49,842 bases of DNA from Macrostomum lignano (lineage: Eukaryota): NCBI GenBank assembly GCA_002269645.1, contig NIVC01004337.1, forward strand, positions 1-49,842, given 5' to 3'. Position 1 is the stretch's first letter, and every line of letters begins with the position of its first letter. A program made the translations under genes and the position numbers. Under the pieces are notes generated by a model that was given only the letters and a program-made list of their open reading frames with translations, was not told the DNA's origin and made no database searches. Positions 34,984-48,200 of this stretch are shown here, piece after piece.

Positions 34984-37900
34984 CTAGAGGCATTTGTGAA
35001 CAACGGTCTCAGTCTGGCAAACCTGGCAGCGAACCTCGCAGCACCAGTGAAATCTGCAGTGGCACTTGTGCTGCAGTACCACCTTCTCTGATACGTGGCC
35101 GCGGCCGCAGCACAAGCTGCCGCAGGACTGGCCGCCTGAGCTCTCAAGGCTGCACTCCCGACCCTCGGTGCCAAGCGAGCCTCGACGAATCTGCGTGGTT
35201 AAAGGCGGAATGAGTCATCTAGGTTTCTGCAAACTTGACGTTCAGACAAAATATGCAACTTTTCACACACATTGCGGCTGCAGTAGGACGGGCTGCGCTG
35301 CCAGAACACAAGCTCAGCGGGGTGCACTGGCTGATGAGTCCGCCTGTGCAGAAGCCGGCGGCTTCTCCATCGGCGACTAACTTTCACGGCTGAGTCGTAG
35401 CGCATGCGCAGCGCGGCGGAGATCTCTAGCATGCTGGGCACCACGCGCCAGCAAGAGCGGAGAGAGCACGACCCACTGATGCCGTGACAGCGACAGACTG
35501 TCTTCACGCCTGATCTAACCACCTGTTTTCATAGAGGCCATCATGGGAGAAATTGAGTCAGTCCTATTGATCTGTCAACAGTAGCGAGCAGCTGTATACA
35601 AGATCTACCATCCGATACAAACTACATTGAATGCTGTTTATGTAGTGCGAGATGTGTTCATGCGTCAGTTAGCTCCTTGCACGCACGTGTTATATTTTAG
35701 GTTGTTTTTGCTCTGGATGTCCAAAATTACATAAATTACTCTAAGAGCTGGTGACGAAGGCGCACTACCCACCAGTCTTCCTGCGCCATTGTTATGCAGC
35801 AGGCTCAGCATGCGCAGCTTCTTTCTACGCCGTCGCTTCCGCTCTCGACGTGTCAGGTTGACTTCTCGCAGGCGAACTGTTGTGCCAAGGGCGGTGGCAT
35901 CCATGAACCGCGCTGCCAGCCGGTCCCCGTCGTATATGTTGTCGCTGCAGCCGGACCAGTGGTAAACCTTCTCTGGTGCCTCCTCTGTTGGGGGCAGCAG
36001 GTGCGGATCGCTTGGCCTCGGCGGCTCGGCCATGTGCCGGGCACAACTGCAGACCGTCATGTTGCCTGAAGTCCAAAAGTTGAAAGATTTAACGGTTAGA
36101 AATACCATTAGTCATTTTCCCGCAAAATTTTCACTTAGGGGATCACGGACTCAAAGAAAAATCTTCCAGGATTTTGAAAATTTTCTGTCCTTAATCCCAG
36201 CAAGCATATAGCCGAGCCCAGCAGGGATATCAGAATGTCAAGCACAAACAGTTTTTCAGTCTAGCTCAGCTTCGGGGCTTTGCACACGACAGAGCAATCG
36301 AAACTTTTGTCTAAATGATGTTATGAGAAGCTAGTCTGTGTACTTTACACCGTATTTAGACCACGCCTGCTAATCTCGCATTCTATACGAATGAACGCAA
36401 ATTACTACTCTTGCACCAGTAGAAAGGAAAGCTACGTATATATTTACTGTATGTCACAGCATTTCTACACGCTCGTTAATGACGTCCCTGAATTCAGGCA
36501 TTTATAAATGGCATTACCGAGGCTGCATGCCTTAGCGATGGAATGCGTGACTCCGGCTGATGTGACGGCCTGCACGAATGCCGTCTCCCTGGTTGACCGG
36601 CGCAGCCCAAACCGAATCGCGTCACTTCGCTGTGAGCAGTTCCAGCGGGTCACCTGAAACTCGCGGGCGCAGTGCATCAGCGAGCCGTGCACTCCCATTC
36701 GAATGTGGGGCATGAGATCCTGCTGCCGACGACAAAAGTTGCGTTGCAGCGGGTGCAGATCGCGGCAGGCCGCCTCCTGCGACTCTACAGTGGCCTGGTC
36801 AGCTGCATCCTGGAGAAACTGGGGAGGCAGTCTGAAAAGAGCGGATAAAGAGGGCTGTCTAGATAGATATTTTGAGCGCAAGTGCATCTGAGACTCCGCG
36901 AAAAGATTTTGTGCAAATTGCTTTCCATAAAGAGTTTGCATTAACTCGCTCGAACAACAAGTTGACTTTAAGACGGACAACGAGCCAGCCAAAAACTCGA
37001 GATACGTATCTCCACACCGGCCTGGGCCCATCTAAGCGACCTGTGGCACCTTCGCGGACTCAAGTTGGCAGGTGACTCCATTTTGCTGGCCCACACTCAG
37101 ATGCGCCGGACCCCCTACCCGTGAAGCCAGAAGCATACACTGATCAGGCGTTTTGCCTGCTTGCTGACACCGGTGCCCAGATTCTGTCGGCAGCGCGGCT
37201 GACTGAATAAAAGGTCACACAGCTGCAGGCCCCAGGCTCAGCAGGCTCCATAAGACAGCTCTTTATTGGCCTTTAAAAACATTTTTTGTTTCAGTCAAAT
37301 TGTTTTTGTGTAATAAAGATGCAGTTTTCCCATTGTTTAACACAATAATAATTGTAACTCTCTCTGAAAGACGAATGACAGCTGCTAAAATTATCAGTGA
37401 ACTGCAGAAGGCCATTCGCACTATTAGTCTCCCTCAACTACATGTAGAGCAGCAATTATTTTTTGCTTAGTAAAGTAATTGACCATAAGAATATAAGGTC
37501 GACACAAAGAATTTCGGTGCAGTAAAGGACAACGGACCGAGCGCGAAAGTCCTACCGCGAAGCGACTCACAGCTGAGAGGTTCGAATCTTGGGAGAAGGA
37601 TCTCATTGCGCTTCACCTTTCAGCCCAACAGACTCGGCCTTCTCAAATGAATTCGAGAGCAGCTGTGTGATCTAGTGAGATGCAGTGAGAGCTAGGCTAA
37701 TCATATGCAGGGTCATTGCTGCGGACACACAAATGACTAAATTTCCTTTCGAGATTCCCGTGCCGCCATTCAGACTGCGGCGGAGTATTTTTATCGTTCC
37801 CTTCTGCAACGGACGGCCCACACAAGTTTTCTTTTAACTGCATTCTGCTGCCTGACCCAGATTTAAGGACACTTGGAGAAAATGAAAATACTGACCCTCT

Positions 37901-38850
37901 CCTAGACTCCGTTATATTCAAAGCCATTCAGCCAGTTTAATTTTCACCGTTAGCATTGCTAAGTTTTTTAGATGAAGATGCAGAAAAAATTGAATAACTG
38001 ACTAGTCCATTTCCACCGTTCTAGCATTTCAGGCTTCCGTAACTTTAAAGTCTTATTTTATAATGAAATTAAACCTGTCAACAAGCATTTTCTACTGCTG
38101 GTAAGGAGTTGAAGAAAGGGTTTGTACAGAAAATTAATGTGCCAGGTGCTGCAAGTTCTCATGGATGTCGGCACAATGAAAGTTTTAAAATGGCGATTTT
38201 AAATCGGCAGTCGATTGCGAAAATCAATTTTGTTTTTATAGAAAGTGAGTTCGTTTTCAGGCCTGCGTACATGTACTATGCCATTGTTTCTCAATGGTCG
38301 GTGCAGCAATGTATTGATAGTATGGAACGATTCCAGAACGCTAGCGAAGGCAAACGCTTTTGACGCACGAGTTAGCGTTCATGAATCTCGTTCTTATTTG
38401 ATTCTATTTTAATCATAGATCATGCAGTTAAACCAGAGACAAAATAAAGTCTGAACGATCGGGAGTGCAAGATTGACAATTCTGCACGCAGAATCAAATA
38501 ACAATGTAACCGGAGCGCGTCTGGTTCGTGCAGTCACGCCCATAGACCCTCGTGCTTTAGCGTCACTGCACTCCCAGCCGTGCTCATTGCTTGGTGCCTC
38601 ATTGTTTAGCAATTTGACGATCATTATTCACATTTTTAATGCAGAACAATCCATTACTACAAACAATGGATTTGTGAATGGATCGTCACATATGTGACGA
38701 TCATATGTGAATAATGATTGCTAAACAGCTACACGTAAATGAAAGACTGCTAAGAACTCACGAAAATCCACTGCATGAGGTGCATTGAAGCATCAGCTGC
38801 AACAGCAGTGACAACAGCAGAAGCGACGGCAGATTTTGAGCGTGAAGCAT
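34984..38850 (-). CDS. Wnt ligand, Wnt4/Wnt11-like; exons 38850-38762, 36831-36518, 36065-35773, 35522-35271, 35190-34984 (384 aa; alternative in-frame ATG at 38883)
   Basis: All introns are GT-AG with consistent phases (2,1,0,0). Hydrophobic signal peptide in exon 1, then RWNCS, TRETAFVQAVTSAGV, WSGCSDNI, LHNNGAGR, CRCHGISGSC (acylated Ser retained), SPSYC, CCGRG and CHCRFHWCCEVRCQVC. Subfamily call is tentative. Confidence 0.93.
37520..37740 (+). mobile_element. Possible tRNA-derived SINE remnant in Wnt intron 1
   Basis: Canonical B-box GGTTCGAATC at ~37578. No clear A-box, tail or TSD. Confidence 0.25.
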
Positions 38851-40441
38851 CGAGACGCTAGCGCAGGTGCGCTGAGAGCCCATGCCTGGGCAGTCGACTC
38901 GACAGTCAGCGCCAGGAGGACCTGCTGAGGGTCGTGTGCCTTCTGTCTTGTCTTGGCTGGAATATGGCCAAGTGGTGATCCTCTTGTTGATGCTGGAATG
39001 GTCTGCAGAGCACAGCAATAAGTAGTAACACTCCTGAAGAGGGCTGAAGATAAAATACCGAGACGGAAGCGGCAGGAATGACCGATGACACTTCAGTCAG
39101 CAGCGAAGTGTGGGCTAAGAGATGTGACCAGCGCCAATTTACACGCATCTGTTGCTGCTTGCAATGGGCGCTTCAATCTGAGGTGTCACCTTTTTGAATC
39201 TGCCATTTCTTTTTCTTGCCCCTCAGAATGCAGCTACGATTGGTCCAGTGGCGCCATTCGTCACGCAAACCAACGACAGCCTTTACGTTGGTGTCTCACC
39301 CTGTGCTGGGCAGAAATGATTGATGAGGCCTCATCAGTGTTTGAATTTTCCAGAATTTTCTTGCTGATGTCCTACGGCACCCAAGGTCCAGATTCTATAA
39401 AAGGTAACACAAGAGATCCCACCTAACTGCAATTAGGGGTGATTAGCTGGGCACACCATTTAAGCATTAATCCTCCATCCGGAAACCTCGATTGATGGGA
39501 GTTCAGTTGAAGTCCTAATCTGCGCACTGAGGTCCCATAGAATTTTTGATATTTCTAAAAGCGATTTTTTATCCTGCTAAATTGTAAATAAAGTCATATA
39601 CATGTATGTCAAAGCCTCAAAGAATTCTAATTCTAGGATAATGTCAGTGTGACAACGATAAGAATTTTGGGCGCCTCCCAATGCGAAGACGGCGCTCTTG
39701 ATGTTAAAAGTTTTACAAGCTAATTTAAGATTCCTAACAACTCCTTCAGGATTCCCTCAAACTGGAGCTCTTTAAATCATTTTTGCCATGTAAGCAAGAT
39801 TCTAGTAGCGCAGCACAATGTGGCTTCCAATAAACAGGCCTCGCTGGTAGACCGCGGCTGTAAGACAAATTTAGTGGCTGCACGGGAGAGAAAGCATATA
39901 ATACATGTATTACTTTAAACTTTAATGTGCATGTATAATAATGACAACAGCAAAGCACGAATACATTTTTTGCAATAGAGACTGAAATATTGGAAATATA
40001 TTGATGGCAGCATCCATAAATTACACCGAAAAGAAAGAGATAGCTTCTTCAGCTCTCATGTCATAAACTATTTTGCTTTCAGACGAATGCAAGCACACCG
40101 TTGCAAATAATCAACAAGCACCACTGCATGGAACATAGACGAAATACGCAGTAAAAGGATACGAGCGTGGGTATTGCGATCCCACAGCCTTTATCACTTG
40201 TCTATCCCCATGCACTAGTTTTGGTAGCTAACGGGATACTCAGAATATTCTGCGTAAAGAATATTATTCTATTATTCTTTTATTGTCCCTGACGTTCAGG
40301 GTAATGGATAAATAATCTGCGGTCCCAGTGCGTGACAACGTGGGGCTTAGACATGCATTGTTTTAGTAATGTATTATTGTTCTGCATAAAAAATGCGAAT
40401 AATGATAGTCAAATTGCTAAGCAATGATAATATACTACGAG

Positions 40442-40544
40442 TAATATTGATGGGCTGCAGAGGGCAAAAACGAGCTATAACGCCGAGGCGCGTAGCGCCG
40501 AGGAGTGTTAGCTCGTTTCTGCCCGATGCAGCCCATCCATATTA
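40442..40544. repeat. ~100-bp imperfect palindrome (hairpin element)
   Basis: TAATATTGATGGGCTGCAGAGGGCAAAAACGAGCTA pairs with TAGCTCGTTTCTGCCCGATGCAGCCCATCCATATTA around a central GCCGAGGCGCGTAGCGCCGAGG. Confidence 0.85.
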
Positions 40545-41889
40545 GTGTTACAGTTAGCGGGCGTTTCACGGCCCACTGAGACTGTCTATGGTAAAATCCC
40601 ATTTACGAGTATTCCAATGCATTCAGTCGGTTTCACGGCCCGCTGAAAATGTCTATGGCAAAGTCAGAAGAAAGCGGGGTCAAGGGGCGCTGAGCCCCCT
40701 TGCGGAGCCCCCTTTGCACACCAGCACTCTAGAGAAAGAAAGAATGAATGAATCTAAAAAAATATATATGGCCAAAATTCCTTATTTTGCGAATTTAAAT
40801 AATAGTAACTGATTTTAAGCATTATTAAGCAGTACTAAGCTTTACTTTCAAAATATAACGTTACAAGTTGTAGAAACATTAACTAGATACTTATACCGGT
40901 ATGCATACGAGCTTTTTTACTTATTGAAGTCGGCCATAGATAATTGCAGCGGGCAGGATGCTGTGTGTTTCATCCCGTTTCATCACGCCTAGGTTAACTA
41001 TAATGGTTGGTTATTCGTGAGACTTTAGGATAACCGCATTGTTGAACTTCAGTGGGGCCATAGACAGAAAGGGCATCGAAAGGAGAGAGGGGTTACCGAG
41101 GAGAGAGACATAAAGACTGAGGTGGTTTACTGGAGTTTGGGCCATAGACGACGAAGTGGCAAACAGGCCGGGGGCTTAAGAGGGTGGAAAGGAAGATGTG
41201 GAGAGAAAGAGAGAATCTAGGAAACGCCTACTATTCTATGGCCCAGTTTTATGCATGGATAAAGGAAAAGGAGTAATGGAATCAATGCTGATGAGCCATT
41301 TTTTGACCTTCGAATTTGACCCCTGTCTGTCACAGAACTAAAGACCCAGGATATATTTGAGTGTCCGGGGTTCCGAGTGTCAAAAAAGCATGAATACAGG
41401 GCTGCATACTAGTGACTCACATTAGTAATCATTTTTCTTCATCCGTACTTTGAGTCCTTGAGAAGCGGTCATGTGGAATGCGATGAATGCTGAGGCGAAG
41501 CCGTTGCGAGCGGAAAGTCCGAAAGACGGCCAAGATGATCTACAATAAGATAGCACATCAGTGGCAGTGGCATGTGTACGGAGCATTGCAGACTGGCTGC
41601 AATTGTGTTGAGTGATTTTGTCGGATCGGCATGCTGATGTAGAAGCTAAAATTCAATGGGTGGCAATCCAAACTGAAGATTTTTACGACTCGGCTGCGCT
41701 GAGAACTGAATTCCAAGCACGTACCATGTTTAAAGGTTAGCTTCAGAATCATCAGGTTCTCGCTCTTCCCTGAGTGATTCAGATCGGATGAAGCGTTAAT
41801 AATCAGTCAAATAATTATGGACACAGGAATATTTATTGAATCATTGATGGAATTTTAAATAGACGATATTGTAGCTCGTGTAGCTCCGA

Positions 41890-42215
41890 TCCTACGCCGA
41901 GACCTGTACCCTGGAAAAGCAGCTGGACGCTGCGCTGTGCGTGCGCTGCGGCCCGGACTCTGAGACCAACGTCGCGCTAGGGCCCGCCTAACGCGGCCTT
42001 CTGACCTGCTGCGCGAGAGATGACTCAGGCTGACTAGCCACGTCATCATCCGGTCGGAGTCGCTGTAGCGAGCCATTCATTACACGACAGTTGTTGTTGT
42101 GGACGGCGTGTAGGGTCCGCGGAGACGAGGCCAAGGACAAACGACGCGCTACCCCGAGCTGCTCCTGTGTCCTGACATCCCCCTTGTGGCCGGCGAGGTG
42201 TTTTTGTTGTTGTAG
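41890..42215 (+). mobile_element. Second, more decayed RTE-like LINE 3' fragment
   Basis: Manual translation gives TLEKQLDAA, PSDLLRER*LRLTSHVIIRSES and GPRRRGQGQTTRYPELL, collinear with the 9535-9930 copy. Confidence 0.6.
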
Positions 42216-42505
42216 CCAAATAATTTTATCAGCTTAGAACGATTAATGTTCGTGAGACAAATATAAGCGTTGCATTTACACAGGTTTTGAACTGAGACTC
42301 GTAACATTCTACAAGGAACTAACGTCTATGATCAACGTTATCTGCGAATAACGTGATGAAACTGTCGTAGACGAACCAACTTAACATTAACAGCTGCAAT
42401 ATTCTATATTTTAGGGTATCAAGGTGCAACCGCAAACATGCACATGTACACATGCAACATTTAAGACGACCTGTCTTTCGGACAATTGGAAAAAAGACCA
42501 ATACT

Positions 42506-42865
42506 CAGGGGCGTCGCCAATGGGGGGGACATGTCCCCCCCCCCAGTAAAAGATCTGGGGGGGGACATGCCAGTGCTTTGTCCCCCCACCCCACCTTGTG
42601 GCCCGTTGTGGAAATCAATAATTTTGCTGCATGGCGAGAAAACATAGCGCCTACGGCGCTAAAATGAATGACTGCGGCGCAAAATGAATGACTGCGGCGC
42701 TAAAATGAGTGCCTGCGGCGCTAAAATGAATGACTGCGGCGCTAAAATGGTGCCTGCGGCGCTAACATGAGAGCATGCGGCGCTAAAATGAGTAGGATGT
42801 AGGATTCTGAAATGAAGAATTCTTGGCTGTGCCCCCCCACCATAAAATCCATGGTGACGCTACTG
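42506..42865. mobile_element. 360-bp MITE with internal 21-bp repeats and a 7-bp TSD
   Basis: CAGGGGCGTCGCCA...TGGTGACGCTACTG imperfect TIR. CAATACT at 42499-42505 and 42866-42872. About 7 copies of GCGGCGCTAAAATGAATGACT at ~42652-42792. Confidence 0.8.
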
Positions 42866-45290
42866 CAATACTTGTACACAATCTGTCGAGGCAAGCTCCA
42901 AAAAGATTAAACACGCATTTTGGCGATTTTACTACCTCAATTTACAATTGATTCGTCTGAAAACAAAGGGAATTGCTAATGCTAATGCAAAGTCTGGGTA
43001 TAGTTGGTGGATAAAGCGTTCTCGCAGTTCGACTCGCGCAATACAGGACCATTTTATCTCCATGTTCCACGCTTGTAAGTAAGCATAAGCTTGTCGTCAT
43101 TCGTGCCAAATCCAGTAGAGTTTGAGACTCAATAGTAAAGACACCGTAACTGACTCTCCAACTCTCGCGCCCAATATTAGACTTGATTACTGCCAATCTC
43201 TCTTGGCTCAAAGTAAAAAATAACCCTAGATTTCGTAGGACAAAGATTGCATCTTTAACATCAGAGTTTCATATAAGAAACTTAGCCACAAAAAACTGGG
43301 CATCAAAAATGAAACCCGCGCATTTAGTTAGTAAGTTAGTTAGTTAGCTATACAACAGAGAGAAAGAGACCCGCTGCGCCTCCTGCTCTAATCGATTGAC
43401 CAGACACTCAGTACAGACGCAGAGACCCTGCTTGGAATGCTCTGCTGACTGGTTCTGCATGTGCAACCCACTGGGTTTCCTGTACCAAAACATGCCAGAA
43501 GGCCCAAGGCACATGGTGAAGAAGACCCAGCATTCAGATTCAAACTATTTAGCAATAGACTGCTGGTGGGCAGACAGTAGGTACAGAATACGAGCCGTAG
43601 ATGTATCAATCGAATGCCTCGAAGTTAAGTTTACCAGCGTCTCTTTGCGAAATGATTAGCTTCGAGCGAAAATAGCATTCGCACAGGAAGTTGCAAGCAT
43701 ATGGGCAAACACGATGGACAATAGGGGGAGAAATGCAGGAGTTTGTTTCAGTCATTGTAGACATTAGCAACATTTGGGGCCGCATTGCAGCGATATTGCT
43801 TCTCTTTTTTCCGATTCTCCTCGGGGCAAGAAACCAACGACTTCTGGCAGACAGTTGAAGAAACAAGCTCCGCTTCGCATACCTTGATTGGCAACTCGAA
43901 CAGTAACTGGGAGGGGGGGTTCTGGTGACTGGGGCACAAGAGCCTAGGGAGCCATCCGTTCACCTTCAGGCAAAACAATACCACAGTGGATTAATGGCCG
44001 AATTAACCTGGGGCCATATGTCCCGACTAGGTCTAACCTCTGCGGGCCCCACTGGGATGGAAAAGAACAGAATTTTGCACTGCCACCAAAGTTACCACCA
44101 GAAGACCCATGCAAATATTTCCGAATGTCGAAATGATCAAGACTCGAACGAGTTTCCTTCATTTGAATAATAATGTAAGCAATAGTATATTGCGAAGAAA
44201 AATTGCATTATAAAATTTTAGAGAAAAATAGATGCACTCAAAGCGAATCAGTTGAAAATCACTCGCATATGCAGACTTTGTGCATAGGCTAGGGAAGTAC
44301 AGACATCAGCAACATCCGCACGGACAAGAAAGTAAAGCTGTCAACAATAAGCCAGCCAGTTATAATTATATAGACATAGACAGAGATTTGTTTGCATCTG
44401 GCATAGGTTAAAAAATCACAAATATTGTAAAATAAAAGTACAATATACATTTAAAAAAAGCAACTATCAGATAGTAAAACTTTAGGACTAGCTAGTGACA
44501 GAAAATAAATATTGAAGTGTGAACTTCAGCAGAACAAGTAGCACACCAGATCTAGTTGGGTTGGGTGTCACAACGTGAAGCGAATAGCAATCATAATAAT
44601 GCTCATCGTGTAAAAAATATGCAAATACACTAATTATTGAAATATAAATTGTTGCAGTGCACAGTGTAATTGGCATGAACGAACGGTACGATTAAGAGTA
44701 AAACAGGTGAAATAATAGATGCTCCTGCAATAATAATGCGATTGAAATTGCATGCGGCAATGACAAGGCAGATAAACAGAGCACACTGAAACATGCGAGG
44801 GAGATTGACATTACTGGATGTTATTAACATGGGAATAAGTGTGAAAACTCAAAAATACATGGAGCAATACTGAAATATCAATGTTGAACAAAATCTGCGT
44901 CAATAATGATGCATACTGACCCCACTCGATGCTGTTATTTTTCTAATAGTTGTTGCAATCGCAAGGAGTAATGAAGCTGGCACGCACATGACGGCCATAC
45001 TACGAGTAATTTACTAGTCCCTAATTTGCACCAGAATGATACAACAGCAATCTCCTGCGAACTCTCTTAGCGATAATTATTTTTAAACTTAAATGGCCAC
45101 GCCAAGGTCATGAAAAATCCACACAGGATAATATTCACATCAGTTTTCTTGCAGAATTGAAATTTCAATTTATCAAATATGATATGTATTTCAGACGTAC
45201 TGATAATGCACATGCATAATATAGGGCAAATCAAATTAGTTCGGAGTAAAAAATATATGGAAGCGCCAATTGAGACGAGTCGAAACTGAT

Positions 45291-48200
45291 CTACTTGCAA
45301 AACTTCGGCTTAGGTGCAACTTTAGGCGGCTTTACAGGGGTCCCGCTGGCTGACAAGGGCGCAGAGCCCGGCAACTCAGCTGGCGCAACTACTGCCGAAG
45401 AGGCAGCGCCGGATTCTGCTACCACTGGTGGTGAGGACCCCGCTGTCACCAATGTTGACTGAGGTGGCTCCGGCCAACGCCGCACACGCAGCGTGTCAGC
45501 GTGGCCCTCAAGGGCAAAGCGGTCGGCAGCTGATTCGGGCAGATCGGAGACCAGATCTGGAGCCCGCTTGGCCGCTGGAAGTTGCACTTTGGCTGTAAGC
45601 AGTGCTTGTGGATCGGCATAAGGCGACTCCGTGTCGTATGTAAGGAGCTCAAGGCCAGCGATTACTTCTTGCAAAGCCTGATCGATGCTCTGCATATCCT
45701 GATCCGATGAAGCCGCTGATGCCGATGCAACAGTTGAAGATGGCGACGATGGTGATATTGAAGACGTTGAAGCCGTAGATACTGCTGTCCCCACTGCGGG
45801 TGTTGCTTTCTGTTGAGCAGGTGGTGCTTTAGAGGTTACAGTAGTTGATGAGGAACTTGCTGACTGATGGTTAGTTGGACTGATGTTGCCAGTTGCGTCA
45901 GTCAAAGATGAAATCGATTTTGCAAAAGTCTGTGACGTCGGCTCTGCTTGCGGCATGGACACAGTCGCGGTCTGTGGCACACTTTTTGGTGCAGTTTGAG
46001 CAGTTTGTAGTATTGTGTCTGAAGAAATCTGCGATACGTCCTTGGGTGCTTGCTCAGTGGAACCAACCGTCGCTGCGCTCGGCGTTTTTGAGTTCTCAAC
46101 GTTTGATGGGACGATCTGTGACGGGTGGGTAGCTTTCGGTGCAGCTGAAGAGCACTGAGGTGTCTGATGCTGATGTTGCGAGTGCAGCTGACTTTGAGGA
46201 TGCTGCTGCTCAGGTTGCTGTGGCTGCTGTAGTTGCGGTTGCTGTGGCTGCGGCTGCTGAGTGTTTGCTGCAAGCGCTTCAGATTCTGTAGACGAGTGTC
46301 GCAGCCTGGCCACATATGCATCGGGAATTAGGCCCTCTTTACCAGAGGCATTGACGACACGCAGCCACTCGGCGGTAAGGCGGCTGACTACAGTGAGGAC
46401 GTCCCCTTTGTTGAAACTGAGTTCGCGTGATGTTCGCGCTTCAAATGAGTACTTGGCCGCTACCATGTAGCCGCTCTCAGGCTCTGGAAACACAAACCAA
46501 GCGCTTGTTATTAGATATAGAAAGGGTAAAATATGCTGCCTCTCCTGATATTATGCAAACAGATTCAACTGATTGCAAGTAACAGAATGATACGGTGGAC
46601 TTGCATTGTAAGGAAAATGAGTAAAAATGAATATTGAAAAGACGATTGCATAAAATAGGATTTGAGAGACAAAAGTTTTGTATTCGCGTTTTTCTTTTCC
46701 TAGAATTCTGTAGCGAAATCGCGCGCATGATGTTTCCCATGTTAGGACGTGAGCTGAACTCGGATTCTAGATTTCCAGTTCCATTCCGCAAACGCAGAAG
46801 AGATTTCAGGTGTTGGGGTAAAAGCCTAGCGCCTTCATGCACATACTAGAGAACCCCTTGACTCACCCATCTCGGAGCAAACGGACTGCTCTTCTTCGTC
46901 TTCCACATCGAAGTCGTCTTCCATTCTTTTACGGTAGATGGGCCCGGGCACGTCCTTGCGCACGAAGATGTCGGACTCGTGCTCAATAATTAGCTTCATC
47001 AGGTGAGTGATAGAGCCTTGGTAGATCACTGGGTCGCGGTTAGGCGGCACGGGAAGGAAGGAAGGCGCTAGACAAATCGACAGGTTGTAGGAATCCATCA
47101 AGTTTTCATCCGCGAATTGGGACAGGTGGTTCAGAAAAGCAAATATGAACCTGAAAGGTTGCATTGCATAAACCATTGATATTTTTTTACAAAGTTTAGT
47201 AAAGACTAAAGAGCTAGAGCGGTACAAACTAATAGCGTTATATGCATATTACATAAAAAGAAAAATTAAAAAACGCATTGGCCAAACTTGTAAGTCGTAT
47301 TATTCTACTGATCGTCAGCAAGTAGTATAATAAATTAAAGCTGAAATTTTTGGAAAGTCTGCAAATAAAAAAAACTCCAAACACGGTGGGAAAACGGGGT
47401 AGGTGAAATAGAAAATGCTTTCCTGTTCCATGGCGCTTTACGAGTAGAAGTAAAAGTTTTAGGATCTACTCGTAATAACGTATAGAATTATTGCACTAAA
47501 CTCAGACGATATGAAAGGACTTAGGCAATACGTTCTTGATTTCCACTTGAAAAACACTTTTTCTGTAGAGAATTACTGCTATCAGGTGAAATCATGCGAA
47601 AGCGGAGTCTCTAGTCCAAATACGGTGACTCTTGTAAAGCGCGCTAATTCACTGCAATTAAGCAGACTGCCCTTTGCCGCGAGTCACTATGATGCAAAGC
47701 AGCAATATACAGACAGTAGCCACAACCGATGGCTATTTTGACCATATTTATACGTAAATACCAGCTTCCAATACAGATACGAAAATGAATGTGTAACGTT
47801 CTGTGTGATAATAACCTTAAGCATGATTTCTTTCACAGACTTGAAAACTCACTATCGAAGACAGTAAACTTTATAAGCACGAAATATTAAATTACATCGA
47901 CGAAATCGTTCAAGTTGTTGGCTAGCGGAAGTATCAAAGTTTTAGAGAATGTGAGATTTTGAATTTATGAATTTTTGGAGCTAGTAAAAATTCGACCTAC
48001 TGAAACGGTCACTCACTTCGGTAGTCATTTAGGATATCGATTATCGTGTCTCCTGACATCGAATCAATAAATTAATAAATATATATGTACGAGTAATATT
48101 CGTAGCGTTTTTTGTAAGTTGGTTCACGAGTGCAGAAGTCTAGCTGAAGTTCGAGGGGGTTCAATAAGTTCCCGGATGTGCAAAGACTGAAAAAGTTAAA

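Noticed and set aside
34878-36076. Additional genes from overlapping ORFs on either strand of the Wnt exons (likewise over scramblase and srGAP)
   Set aside because: GC-rich codon usage of the real exons keeps shadow frames open; no independent motifs.
36832-37031. N-terminal extension MGPGRCGD... of Wnt
   Set aside because: No signal peptide; a phase-matched signal-peptide exon exists at 38850-38762.
41286-41330. Hammerhead ribozyme (CTGATGAG core; also 30315, 35338, 3713)
   Set aside because: No correctly placed GAAA or stem II/III pairing at any of these sites.
42940-43250. CR1/L2-type reverse transcriptase fragment
   Set aside because: Only faint, frame-scattered resemblance; would need a TBLASTN or HMM hit.
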